Assembly (NCBI GenBank): GCA_963662275.1
Contig: OY759316.1
Location: 2,560,001 to 2,624,000 of the forward strand
DNA: 64,000 nt
From: Candidatus Cloacimonadales bacterium
Lineage (GTDB): Bacteria > Cloacimonadota > Cloacimonadia > Cloacimonadales > DAONDQ01
Reading direction: 5' to 3'
The notes beneath the pieces were generated by a model. That model was given only the letters and a program-made list of their open reading frames with translations, was not told where the DNA came from and searched no databases. The number at the start of each line of letters is the position of its first letter. Within the stretch, counting starts at the first letter, position 1. A program made the position numbers and the translations under genes. This document shows positions 19,381 through 29,577 of the stretch, in pieces.

Positions 19381-20934
19381 CTACTCCGTTATCGGCTTAA
19401 AACTGAATTTAGCATCTTTCAAACTAAGATAAAATGTCACCTTCCCATTTTTTAGTATGATCTTTTTGCTGTCCTGAACAAATTCATTGCTATAAATGGC
19501 TATTAGTTGGTCTAAATAAAGATCATATAAAGATATTTCATTCTCAGTGAGGAGCAGTAGATAATGCTCAAACCGGTATTCTTTACCGGGTAGTTTTTCT
19601 TTATATAAGCGACTTCTATATCCTTTGAAAGAGCCTGTCAAATAAATCTCGGGATCATCAGCTTTCGATAGAAAAGTACCAAATCCTTCAAATTTCCAAT
19701 ATGCATTATGTGTTTTTTGAGAAACTACATTCCATATAGTAAGATTCTTTTGTGAAAAAACAGGTCGTATATTAGCTTTCAAATTAAACAAACCTTTAGA
19801 TAGATCATTGCATGAGATGATTGTTTGAAAAGACTTCCCATTATCATTAAAAAGCTCATCCAAGTTCAAATCTGTCTTTGAGATAGTTAGTGATTGAATA
19901 GCTTCCTCATTCACTGAATATCGTTTATATAGTTGGATAAATCGCTTCAACCCATAATGATCAATGAATTCCTTACAAATTAACGCACTTAGTGAATAGG
20001 ATATGGAAGCATCCTGTTGTTGGAATGACTGATTTGCTAATAGAGAATCAAGAGGTATGATATTCATTTCTTTTAACCATTCACCTGATTGAAGCATAAC
20101 ATCAGCAGATCTTCCTCCTCGTCCTCCAAGATATGTAGCAATCCCCTCCTGCAAGAGGGGGTGTGTGTAAAGTGGAATGGATGACATATTAAAATTCATG
20201 ATCAAATGAATTAATTCATGGTAATGACTGTTAGATGTTGATATAACGGCATCCATAGATAGATCTGAAAGACCTAAAGTATTGAAACCGGTAATTAGTT
20301 CAATCTGGTGAGTATCTTTACAAACAATATAAATGAGCGGATTATACTTAATACCATAAAAGTGACGCCAGGAAGCGTCTTCGTATGATAACCACTCAGA
20401 CTGACTTTTATTATCAAAAAATCCGGCAATCGCTTGCGATTGATCCTTAATGAACATCGATACATGATTCATCGAATAATTGCTCAGCAAAGAAGGGTCG
20501 GTTGTGTAAAAAGTAACATAGCCTCGCTTCAGTTGGATCATATTTCTGGTAAAATAGGTAAGAGGGGATATCATCATGTCATTTTTAAAGAAAAAAGCTT
20601 GTTTATATGTAGAATCAGAAGTTGAAAATAGTAGTTTCGAATAGGGAGCTTCCAAAGCTCTGATTTTGATAGAATAGCCAATCTGATTTGATTTAATCAT
20701 TTCACGTATCTTAAAATCTATATCATGCCCGATTAGTATTTTCCAATCCACACCTTCATATTGAATCCTCAAACGATTAGACTGTGACAGATCTGAAGGA
20801 TCAAAAAACTTCTCCAGGGACGGACGGTCATAAATCAATGTTCGAATAAAAGATTCAGCACGTTCTTTTGTCAGTGTTTGTGCTGACAAAGTCGTGATCA
20901 GACAAAGGAATACAAAGAGCATTTTATATTTCAT
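19381..20934 (-). CDS. secreted protein, putative gluzincin (MA clan) metallopeptidase
   Basis: Signal peptide; HELIH (HExxH) with downstream QEGIA. Confidence 0.55.
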   Translation of the reverse strand: MKYKMLFVFLCLITTLSAQTLTKERAESFIRTLIYDRPSLEKFFDPSDLSQSNRLRIQYEGVDWKILIGHDIDFKIREMIKSNQIGYSIKIRALEAPYSKLLFSTSDSTYKQAFFFKNDMMISPLTYFTRNMIQLKRGYVTFYTTDPSLLSNYSMNHVSMFIKDQSQAIAGFFDNKSQSEWLSYEDASWRHFYGIKYNPLIYIVCKDTHQIELITGFNTLGLSDLSMDAVISTSNSHYHELIHLIMNFNMSSIPLYTHPLLQEGIATYLGGRGGRSADVMLQSGEWLKEMNIIPLDSLLANQSFQQQDASISYSLSALICKEFIDHYGLKRFIQLYKRYSVNEEAIQSLTISKTDLNLDELFNDNGKSFQTIISCNDLSKGLFNLKANIRPVFSQKNLTIWNVVSQKTHNAYWKFEGFGTFLSKADDPEIYLTGSFKGYRSRLYKEKLPGKEYRFEHYLLLLTENEISLYDLYLDQLIAIYSNEFVQDSKKIILKNGKVTFYLSLKDAKFSFKPITE

Positions 20935-21112
20935 ATCTCACCTCAGGAAGTCTCGATTGAAAAATGAATATCGGAGGTATCTATGTCAATTATTAAAATA
21001 CTGTACAGCATATTTGTATGAATCTTACTATCCAAAATGAACTTCAATAACGATTTTCCTTGACTGTTTTCAGTCACGTCGAAGTTCATCGAAAAAATTT
21101 ACGAGGATATTT

Positions 21113-21271
21113 ATGAATTGGTTCCATCGTCTTATGCAAGAAAAACCTTTTCTTGCTTTTTTTTTAAAATACTTGTTTCTTTTCACATTGCTATTCATAT
21201 CTGTGGCTTTAGCAGCATTGCACAAAGTAACTGCTCTTGAGAGCAATCCCTTCTTTTATGCTAATTTCTAA
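21113..21271 (+). CDS. DltX-like small membrane protein (52 aa; absent from the ORF track)
   Basis: MNWFHRLMQEKPFLAFFLKYLFLFTLLFISVALAALHKVTALESNPFFYANF*; GAGG RBS; one TM helix; C-terminal FFYANF matches the DltX/AlgI F-x-Y-x-x-F motif; first gene before ACP and MBOAT. Confidence 0.8.
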   Translation: MNWFHRLMQEKPFLAFFLKYLFLFTLLFISVALAALHKVTALESNPFFYANF

Positions 21272-21313
21272 TAAATCATAAAAATAAATATTCAATCTGA
21301 GGAGATAAATAAA

Positions 21314-21544
21314 ATGGAAGAAAAACTCATCGCCTTTGTCCGTCATGAATTTTTAGAAGATCCGGATATGGAGATTACTTCTGAAACTAAACTAATATCC
21401 AGCGGTTTGATCGATTCATTTTCCCTTGTATCATTGCAGACCTTTATATCCAAGGAATTCGGGAAAAATATTCCGGCTCCGAAAATCACTGCCCAGAGTT
21501 TTGATACCATCAGGCAGATGGTGGAAATTATTAATCAATTCTAA
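21314..21544 (+). CDS. acyl/aminoacyl carrier protein (DltC-like)
   Basis: GLIDSF phosphopantetheine site; 76 aa; GGAG RBS. Confidence 0.85.
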   Translation: MEEKLIAFVRHEFLEDPDMEITSETKLISSGLIDSFSLVSLQTFISKEFGKNIPAPKITAQSFDTIRQMVEIINQF

Positions 21545-21546
21545 AG

Positions 21547-22698
21547 ATGTTTACGAACATTCTCTATTTCCCCTTTCTGATTTTCAGTGCGTTCGTTTAT
21601 TGGTTAATACCAAAGCAGAGATTGCGAACAGCCTGGTTGGCTCTATGCAGTCTCGCATTCATATCTTACCTTGATATTCATGCTTTATTGGTTGTATGTG
21701 GTTTAACCATATTCACATACATGATTGCTATTTGGATTGAGTCAGGAATCAATAGAAAACTGGCACATCGGACTGGGATTATTGGCTTGATCTGTGTCTT
21801 AGGGATTTTCAAATACATTGGATTCCTGGCAGGTACACTAAATAGCCTGATGAACTTCATGCATCAATTACCAGTATTCAGTATTGAAAAATTGTTCCTT
21901 CCCCTAGGTATATCTTATATTGTTTTCAAGTACATCAGCTATTTAACAGATATCTATTGGGGACTCATTAAAAGAGGAAAATTTCTTGATTTTATATGTT
22001 ATGGGTCTTTATATACGATTTTCGTAGCAGGTCCAATAGAACGTTTTGAAAACCTAAAACCTCAATTTGAAGCGGTTGCCTCAAGATTTCGAACTGACGA
22101 TCTTGCTTATGCTTTCATGAGAATTGTATTCGGATTGTTTAAAAAACTTGTTTTGGCTGATTGGATAGGGTTTTTTATACATCCGGTTTTTCAGAATAAT
22201 TCAACATACCCATTGGGAATTAAGATTTTAGCGATATTGGGATATTCACTCCAGATATATTTCGATTTTGCCGGATATAGTGATATCGCTATCGGTTCTT
22301 CCAGGCTTTTCGGATTACGTATCATGGAGAATTTCGATAATCCTTATTTATCAACCAGTATCACTCAATTTTGGCGTAAATGGCATATCTCACTCTCAGA
22401 TTGGATTAGAAATTATCTCTTTTTCCCACTCTCTCAAAATCGAAGCAATAAAATCTGGCTGACCATATGTGTACCCATTATTGCCATGGCAATTTGTGGT
22501 CTATGGCATGGTTCTGCCTGGCACTATGTGATTTGGGGTATTTGGCATGGTTCAGGTATCGCAATCTATCAACAATGGAGTCAATTGAAACGCAAATACA
22601 AATCACTTTCACGATTGACTAAGACTCCCTGGTTTAAAACTGCCAGTATCATTTGCACATTTATTTTTGTTACAGTTGGTTGGATGTGGTTTAAATGA
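21547..22698 (+). CDS. MBOAT O-acyltransferase (DltB-like, short form lacking the C-terminal Tyr motif)
   Basis: PLGISY, AGPIER, DFAGYSDIAIG, ENFDNPY, FWRKWHISL, GLWHG. Confidence 0.9.
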   Translation: MFTNILYFPFLIFSAFVYWLIPKQRLRTAWLALCSLAFISYLDIHALLVVCGLTIFTYMIAIWIESGINRKLAHRTGIIGLICVLGIFKYIGFLAGTLNSLMNFMHQLPVFSIEKLFLPLGISYIVFKYISYLTDIYWGLIKRGKFLDFICYGSLYTIFVAGPIERFENLKPQFEAVASRFRTDDLAYAFMRIVFGLFKKLVLADWIGFFIHPVFQNNSTYPLGIKILAILGYSLQIYFDFAGYSDIAIGSSRLFGLRIMENFDNPYLSTSITQFWRKWHISLSDWIRNYLFFPLSQNRSNKIWLTICVPIIAMAICGLWHGSAWHYVIWGIWHGSGIAIYQQWSQLKRKYKSLSRLTKTPWFKTASIICTFIFVTVGWMWFK

Positions 22699-23663
22699 AA
22701 CACTTAATGATTCTTATTTGTGCCTTAATCGCGGCATTTCTTCTCGTTGAAATGATCACTGTTTTCATTATTGGATATCCTAACCTGGTTCCAGGGAAAA
22801 GGAAATACATTATCCATAAATCTCTTGATGCCTATAATCATCTTGGTTGGCAACCTCCCTATTACAAGTTTTGGAATGTTGAAGGTGGTAATAAATGCTA
22901 TCATCTGAATAACTTCGGATTACCAGGTTCTGATATCGGGAAGAATCCTCAAAATATTATTATCCTGGGTTCTTCATTTATTGAAGGTATGCAAGTTCCC
23001 AATACCAAAATGGCAACTGCTGTTTTTGCTGAATTATTGGCTCCTATGCATAAATATAATATCATCAACCTGGGTGCCTCGGGACATGATCCCTATATTT
23101 CCTGGTTTCGATTGAATTTCTTCAAACGTTGGTTCAGACCGGATTATGTCATTCTGGTTATTGATCCAACCAGTATGGCATATTTTAACCGGCGTTGGGA
23201 TAATAATCTGAATTTTTCTTCTCCATTTATAGAACCAGAGTTAATACCAGAAGCGCAATGGAAAAAATTATTGAATCTGCCTAGAGCTTATTCTGCATTC
23301 ATCAATCTAGCGATTAATCTATTGATGAGTAATGAAGCACCAACTGAAAACATCCCCAGCACTGATAAAACCTCTGCAAAGCAGTCATCATTTGAAGATA
23401 CTGACATATTTTATCACAAAATCGATCAGTGTATTACTCAATATAATCAAGCATATATGGATAAATTCATGGTGGTTTCAATGATTGATGAAAAGAAGAT
23501 AAATGATAATCTTGATATGCTGTGCCATAACAGACACTGTTATTTTGCTTCTGATGATTCAATCCTCGTTGATGCTAATAAGATTAAAAACGGACATTTA
23601 AATCTTCGAGGAAATCGCTTATTCGGCATATTTATGTACAACCAATTCAAATCTCGCTATTAG
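22695..23663 (+). CDS. membrane-anchored SGNH-family protein (DltD/AlgJ-like)
   Basis: N-terminal TM; block I ILGSSF, block II NLGASG, C-terminal GHLN; ATGA overlap with the MBOAT gene. Confidence 0.65.
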   Translation: MKHLMILICALIAAFLLVEMITVFIIGYPNLVPGKRKYIIHKSLDAYNHLGWQPPYYKFWNVEGGNKCYHLNNFGLPGSDIGKNPQNIIILGSSFIEGMQVPNTKMATAVFAELLAPMHKYNIINLGASGHDPYISWFRLNFFKRWFRPDYVILVIDPTSMAYFNRRWDNNLNFSSPFIEPELIPEAQWKKLLNLPRAYSAFINLAINLLMSNEAPTENIPSTDKTSAKQSSFEDTDIFYHKIDQCITQYNQAYMDKFMVVSMIDEKKINDNLDMLCHNRHCYFASDDSILVDANKIKNGHLNLRGNRLFGIFMYNQFKSRY

Positions 23664-23791
23664 TTGATTATTTTTGAATTTATGTTACAAAGACTTATGA
23701 AATCCAGAACAAGATACAATCGAGTTTTTGAATATCAAAGAACCAGATTTAACTTGACTAATCAGCCATATTTCAGCTATTAAATCGCAAT

Positions 23792-25222
23792 ATGAATATA
23801 CTTACCCTACAATACATTGCTTTTTTTGTTATTTTTACTGTGCTTTATTTTACAGTCCAAAAATCAGGCAGGGTGCAGAATCTGCTGATTCTCATTGCGA
23901 ATTATGTTTTTTATGCCTTTTGGGATTATCGCTTTTGTTTATTGATTCTCGTTTCTGGAATTGTTAATTATTATACAGGTTTATATCTGGCATCCGAGAA
24001 GGGAAGCAGACACACCAAACTAGCTATCAGCCTATTGGTCATCTATGATCTTGGTTTGCTTTGTTTATTTAAATACCTGGATTTCTTCATCCTGTCATTT
24101 ACTCATTTCACAAATTCAATGGGACTTCATCTGCAATGGGGAACGCTGAACCTGATACTACCTTTGGGTATCAGTTTTTTCATATTTCAGAATCTTTCAT
24201 TCAGTCTTGATATCAAAAATAAAGTCTATAACCCAAATACGAGTTTGATTTCATATCTAGCCTTTTCTTCCTTCTTTCCACTAATTGTATCTGGTCCAAT
24301 TGAAAGAGCAAGGCACTTTCTCCCCCAATTGAATAAGAACCGTTCATTATCAGCTTTGAATATCCAGGAAGGACTCAAACAAATCACAGCAGGTATATTT
24401 AAAAAACTGGTGATTGCTGATAATCTAGCTCCTTTCGTAAATAATGTTTTCGGTCATGTCTCTTCAGCAACTGGTACAGATCTGCTTTGCGCTGCTTTCT
24501 TATTTACTATCCAACTCTATACCGATTTTTCAGGTTATTCAGATATAGCGATCGGAATCAGTCGTATTTTGGGACTGAAAGTGAAAAGCAATTTCAACTG
24601 GCCTTTCTTTTCCAGGGATATTGGGGAGTTTTGGAGAAGATGGCATATATCCTTATCCGGTTTTTTAAGAGATTATCTCTATACGCCTCTGACATTCAGA
24701 TTGAGTATTAACCGTAAGAATACTCAGTTTCTCTTTATCATTCTTACTTTTACCTTATGTGGACTCTGGCATGGGGCAAATTGGACATTTATCGTTTGGG
24801 GATTTTTAAATGGGTTGTATTTTTTTCCGCAAATCTATTTCGGTTTACAAACACCATCTAAAAAAATCGTTGCAGAACAAACCAGGTTTCCATCCGGGAA
24901 GGAATTCCTCCAAATCATCACTACTTTCATCATCGTAATAATGACTTTTGTAGAGTTCAGAACTGCTTCTTTAAATGATACTTGGGATTTTTTCCATCGT
25001 ATCTTTACATCATCTTATCAATACGCTTCTGAAGGTTATCTTTTCGTGATTATCAGTTTTATCTATCTTCTTTTTGAATGGACTCAACGAAGAGAAATCC
25101 ATATTCTTTCTTTGGATAGGTATCCACTTATTTGGCGCTTGGGATTGTATTTTACGGCATGTTGTCTGATTGTACTATTTGGTAATTTTGGCAGTAAATC
25201 CTTTATCTACGCTAAATTCTAA
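23792..25222 (+). CDS. MBOAT O-acyltransferase (AlgI/PatA-like) with C-terminal FIYAKF
   Basis: PLGISFF, SGPIER, DFSGYSDIAIG, FWRRWHISLS, GLWHGANWTF, terminal FIYAKF. Confidence 0.9.
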   Translation: MNILTLQYIAFFVIFTVLYFTVQKSGRVQNLLILIANYVFYAFWDYRFCLLILVSGIVNYYTGLYLASEKGSRHTKLAISLLVIYDLGLLCLFKYLDFFILSFTHFTNSMGLHLQWGTLNLILPLGISFFIFQNLSFSLDIKNKVYNPNTSLISYLAFSSFFPLIVSGPIERARHFLPQLNKNRSLSALNIQEGLKQITAGIFKKLVIADNLAPFVNNVFGHVSSATGTDLLCAAFLFTIQLYTDFSGYSDIAIGISRILGLKVKSNFNWPFFSRDIGEFWRRWHISLSGFLRDYLYTPLTFRLSINRKNTQFLFIILTFTLCGLWHGANWTFIVWGFLNGLYFFPQIYFGLQTPSKKIVAEQTRFPSGKEFLQIITTFIIVIMTFVEFRTASLNDTWDFFHRIFTSSYQYASEGYLFVIISFIYLLFEWTQRREIHILSLDRYPLIWRLGLYFTACCLIVLFGNFGSKSFIYAKF

Positions 25223-25227
25223 AGATA

Positions 25228-26304
25228 TTGAATATGATTAACCTCTTAAGTATCTTCACCCGTTTTAATACGAAAACTCTTTTACTGACACTTGTATGTC
25301 TTCTCCTACTTATTTTGGCATGGTTCCTGGTCATAAGAGTAAAGAGTTCCTGGCGTAAGGTGATGATTGCATTACTGATATTCCTAACTTGCAGATTCAT
25401 GTTTTTTGGGAACCCTTTTATCTGGACTATCTATTATAAACTGACGAATCATAAAACCATCGATCAGCGCCTGGGTATGCTTACTCTCTATAAGATGAAA
25501 GAGAACTTCAGCTTTCCTATTAGCGTTCATTATGCCGCGATTGGGACAAGCCAGGTAAATGCATTATTCAGAGAATATGTCGAAAATCATCCCTTTGTTA
25601 ATAATAACAGTATGGCTGGTATGCTGCCAAATGAATATTTCCTTTGTCGCTCATTTATTAACAATTCTCCTGATACATTGATACTCTATTTATCTGAATT
25701 TGATTTTTGCCGAGAACCTAATTATACTTCCTTATACGTTCTTCCTGAACAATACTTTGGTTGGTTTTCAAAAGCAAAAATCTTACAGAAGAATTATCCG
25801 GGTAAGAAATTCGAATGTAATGCGTTTAAACTGATGATGAATGATTTTTTCCCCGAATTTAAATATAGGCTGGTATTACGTCATATCATCCTAAATTTAT
25901 TACATCTGGATTCAACAAAAATGGAGCCGAGTGATTCAGGCTTGAAATCTCACCTCGAAGGTCTAAAATTACTCACGGATGATGGTTTTATCAAATATCA
26001 CATAGGAACATTCCAATATTTTATCAGCGAAGCTTCGAGAAAAGGGAAAACCGTGATCATTTGCCAAGGCAGTTACAACCCACTGGCTTTATCCGCAAAA
26101 AATGAAATGCTGAGAAAAGAAGTCAGAAACCAACTGGAGTCTTTAGTAAAACGTTATCCCAAGATTATTTATATCCCACTTGAAGATCAGTATCCATTGC
26201 CGATAGCAGAATTTTTCGATGGTTATCATGTCAACGCTGAAACTGGTTATCGTTGGGCTGATTATCTATTTCAAACGGTCATTCCTTCACTACAAACCAA
26301 ATAA
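25228..26304 (+). CDS. membrane-anchored SGNH-like protein (AlgJ/DltD-like)
   Basis: N-terminal TM helices; IGTSQ block I; C-terminal FDGYH (DxxH). Confidence 0.6.
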   Translation: MNMINLLSIFTRFNTKTLLLTLVCLLLLILAWFLVIRVKSSWRKVMIALLIFLTCRFMFFGNPFIWTIYYKLTNHKTIDQRLGMLTLYKMKENFSFPISVHYAAIGTSQVNALFREYVENHPFVNNNSMAGMLPNEYFLCRSFINNSPDTLILYLSEFDFCREPNYTSLYVLPEQYFGWFSKAKILQKNYPGKKFECNAFKLMMNDFFPEFKYRLVLRHIILNLLHLDSTKMEPSDSGLKSHLEGLKLLTDDGFIKYHIGTFQYFISEASRKGKTVIICQGSYNPLALSAKNEMLRKEVRNQLESLVKRYPKIIYIPLEDQYPLPIAEFFDGYHVNAETGYRWADYLFQTVIPSLQTK

Positions 26305-26470
26305 TTTGCAGAAAATCCGAGTGTTATTATCTGTCGTCCGTATCGGTCTACATTGTTCTCCTTAATGTAATCCAAGACTATACTGCTCTCTGCCACTTCG
26401 AACTTTACACATCGTACTTAGAACTTCGAATTAACAAACCGATGTTGGAATTGTATCAGCAATAAGAATT

Positions 26471-26498
26471 GGAACGCTGTTTTCAAACGGCTATGCAG
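26471..26498. repeat. 28-bp dispersed repeat (identical copy at 54714-54741)
   Basis: ggaacgctgttttcaaacggctatgcag at both sites. Confidence 0.8.
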
Positions 26499-26548
26499 TT
26501 TTAACTTTTCTCCATTTCCCCCCTTCCGCGTCTTTTTGTCCCTAAAAG

Positions 26549-26632
26549 GCATTACGGTATCAATACGGTAGCATTACGGTAGCATTACGGTAAAAAAACG
26601 TATTACTACCGTAATGATATAGTAATCATACC
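26549..26632. repeat. palindromic element of 11-bp CATTACGGTAG units
   Basis: Four direct units followed by the inverted unit ctaccgtaatg. Confidence 0.7.
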
Positions 26633-27229
26633 ATGTTTCGTTTGTGGTGAAAGAAGTTGTCATCATATACATTGAAGGCTAATCTATTTTCGAATAAAAG
26701 AGCTGAAATACACAGAATTGAAATCCAATATTAATGCCTTTTCTTCCCGAATGGAATCTCCAAGTGACATATATCATGACTTGTTAGTGGTTATTTGGCA
26801 AAGTAGCCAAGTACTGCAGAAAGGAACAGGGAATTGCCCAGAGAAGGTTGTTACGTGTATTTGTAGCGCATTATTTGTACCGCGTTATTTATAACGTGTT
26901 CCGCTGAATTCATTCAGCTCATCTTAAACTAATATCAATGCCGAAGATAGGTTTCAGATAATTTAACATCAAAACGTAAAGTGCAAACAAATTGTATGTT
27001 ATGCTATTGCCTGTTTAACGAATTTCATTGACAAATACAAGACATGATTACTAGAATTGTATTTAGTTTGCTACAGTTTATTGGCAAAATAATAATTGGT
27101 TTTCTGATGCCTATGGAAAAAGACAATATGTAAGAAATGTGGAAAACTTATTATAAGTTGATACAAAATTGTAGTAATGACGAAATGGGAATTTTTTTAG
27201 ACAGTCTAATTTACCATATGGAGTAATTT

Positions 27230-27520
27230 GTGAAGCTTTCAGTTACTTCGCTTGAAAAGCAAATCTTTTGGGATTCAACTGTCTCAGATCTGGATATGGA
27301 GACTCATGCTGAATACATCATCCCTAGGGTAATGGATTATGGTATGTGGGAGGATGTAAAATTTATCCTCAGGTATTATGGAAAAACCAAAATAAAGCAG
27401 ATTCTTTTCAATGCACCATCACTTCAGAAAAAGACAATTAGCTTCTTTGCATGGTATTTCAGTGTATCACAACAAAGTTTTAAGGCTAATAACAACAGGA
27501 TACCAGAATGGACGTATTGA
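27230..27520 (+). CDS. DUF6922-like antitoxin/partner protein
   Basis: IFWD..LD..H..YII.RVM.YG..ED.K.....YG pattern; overlaps the AbiEii-like gene. Confidence 0.7.
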   Translation: MKLSVTSLEKQIFWDSTVSDLDMETHAEYIIPRVMDYGMWEDVKFILRYYGKTKIKQILFNAPSLQKKTISFFAWYFSVSQQSFKANNNRIPEWTY

Positions 27521-28134
27521 AACTAAATGTTCATGCCGTAAATCAGGAGCTTAGGGTTTTATTAGAAAGACTTATGCAAGAATCTTGCTTATCTGCATTT
27601 GTTTTAGTAGACGGAACTGCTCTTGCCTTATTACTCGGGCATAGAAAATCAGAAGACATTGATTTATTCACGACCGAGGGCTTTAACTCTCAGCATCTTG
27701 CGGATAAGATTAATACAACACATACAGTACAGAGAATCTACCATGAGGAAAATACCATTCGGGCATTTATCAATGATATAAAAATAGAATTAATTGCACA
27801 TCAATATGAGATGATAGAGGATATGATAAATGTGGATGGGATACGGATAGCCTCACTTAAAGATTTAGCAGCTATGAAATTAAATGCGATAGCAGGTAGA
27901 GGTTTAAAAAAGGACTTCTGGGACATAGGCTCACTTCTTGAAAGATATACTCTCTCAGAAATGATAGGTTATTATCTACAAAAATACCCAAATGCAGACC
28001 AATGGCATCTGCTGCGCTCATTATCATATTTTGAAAATGCAGAAACAGACAAAACTCCTATTATCAATTTGACTGATATTACTTGGGAGCAGGTGAAAAA
28101 ACATATTAAAGCGGAAATGAAGAAAATCTGTTAA
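27508..28134 (+). CDS. AbiEii/AbiGii-family nucleotidyltransferase toxin (type IV TA-like)
   Basis: LV(D)GTALAL.LGHRKSEDIDLF, AAMKL.AI..RG.KKDFWD. Confidence 0.85.
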   Translation: MDVLKLNVHAVNQELRVLLERLMQESCLSAFVLVDGTALALLLGHRKSEDIDLFTTEGFNSQHLADKINTTHTVQRIYHEENTIRAFINDIKIELIAHQYEMIEDMINVDGIRIASLKDLAAMKLNAIAGRGLKKDFWDIGSLLERYTLSEMIGYYLQKYPNADQWHLLRSLSYFENAETDKTPIINLTDITWEQVKKHIKAEMKKIC

Positions 28135-28420
28135 AGTGGTTACACACTGATGACAAAATTGCAGAAAGTGATAGATATCAAGAAAAACTGAATGTCAGAT
28201 ATGAAAGAAAAGTGGGTAAATGCTGATGACTAATTTGCGAACTTGAGTCACAACACCTTTGCAAATAACGGTTTCCGTTTGCATGCTGTTGCACAAAGAT
28301 GCGAAAACTTGCAGAGTACGTGTCACGATGTGCAATTGAGACAGTCACTTGCTTATTGAATGAATCAGATTATATATATTTATTTAAATATTGGATTGAA
28401 TCAATAATAGGAGATATTGT

Positions 28421-29033
28421 ATGAAGTGGAAATATATATATCTTTGCAGCTTAGTTTTATTTGTTATAGTTTATAATGTATATCAAGCTGTGCGAGAAGA
28501 GACTTATCTACCTCATAATAAGCAAAATGCACTGAACAAACTAAATCAGAATATTAATAACTTGATAGTAAATATCCCTCTTGATACATTGGGAAGTTGG
28601 GATTATAGCAATTATAAATCTAGTTATTTTGTATGGGTAATGGAGTCATATGAAAATTCTGAATTTCTTCCTTGTATTCTTTCTAGTATATATATATGAT
28701 AATAAAATAGGGCGTCTTACGAAAGTAAATGACAACCTTAGGTATAAAAAAAAGTATATTGATCAAATAATAAATCGAACAATAACAAGGATGATTCTTG
28801 TTGTACGCGTGTTAGGTAGAAGTGATTTGTATGAGCATACCGATACTTATAGATACTATTCAAATGGTAAAACCGAAAATTATGAAGATCGTTATCATGA
28901 GTATCGAAATTTCTATAACTTCAAAGTATTTTTAATTGACATGAAAAAAAGGAAGACAATTGGATATCGGTTCATCGAATGTAATTCGCCGAATTTCGAA
29001 GAAGACCTGATTACTGGAGTTAAACGAAGATGA
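28421..29033 (+). pseudogene. membrane-anchored hypothetical gene split into two ORFs (28421-28699, 28650-29033) at a TA dinucleotide tract
   Basis: GGAG RBS and N-terminal TM in ORF1; ORF1 stops right at (TA)5T 28687-28697; ORF2 is in the +1 frame. Confidence 0.5.
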
Positions 29034-29078
29034 ATATATTAAATCCATTTATTGACAATAAATCTTAAAATATTGAAT

Positions 29079-29390
29079 CTATTCATCAAGTATATACACT
29101 ACTTCCTTCAAAATGTTCTTGCCGATATTTGGTCTTAGTGATTCAATAGTTACTAAATCTACTTTACTTTTCAAAATACTTTCCAGAAAATCCTGAAGGG
29201 CAAAATACTGAAAGAGGGTAATTGGCTCAGAGAGTTCGATCAAAGTGTCTATGTCACTATCTTTTGTCTGTTCATCTCTTACTACTGATCCAAATATACC
29301 TATTCTTTTAATATGATAAGTAGTAGATAAAACATCTCTATTTGCTTGGATTTGGCTACTTATAGATTTCATTTTTGATGACACAAACAC
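29079..29390 (-). CDS. MNT (minimal nucleotidyltransferase) antitoxin, copy 1
   Basis: IGIFGSVVRDEQTKDSDID, KVDLVT, LRP.I..NIL.E. Confidence 0.85.
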   Translation of the reverse strand: MFVSSKMKSISSQIQANRDVLSTTYHIKRIGIFGSVVRDEQTKDSDIDTLIELSEPITLFQYFALQDFLESILKSKVDLVTIESLRPNIGKNILKEVVYILDE

Positions 29391-29567
29391 CTCTTAGTTT
29401 TGAATTTTCATGTCTATGATTTTTATATTCTCCTCGAATTATTATAGTCAAGTTTCTTTGCTATACTCGCCCATCCTCATCATCATAGAGTGATACTCTT
29501 CACAGATAGCAAGAACGATGTCCTGCTCTACAAATCAGTTCGGAGAACGTTATTCTTTTAGCCCAGA
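29091..29567. repeat. 477-bp direct repeat, copy 1 (copy 2 at 31451-31927)
   Basis: Near-identical at offset 2360; three substitutions seen by eye. Confidence 0.95.
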
Positions 29568-29577
29568 TATTCATTTT

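Noticed and set aside
28261..28360. attC-like site (ataacgg...ttgcaca...tgtgcaa...) between accessory genes
   Set aside because: Only a 7-bp inner inverted repeat, no clear GTTRRRY end, no second copy and no integron integrase.
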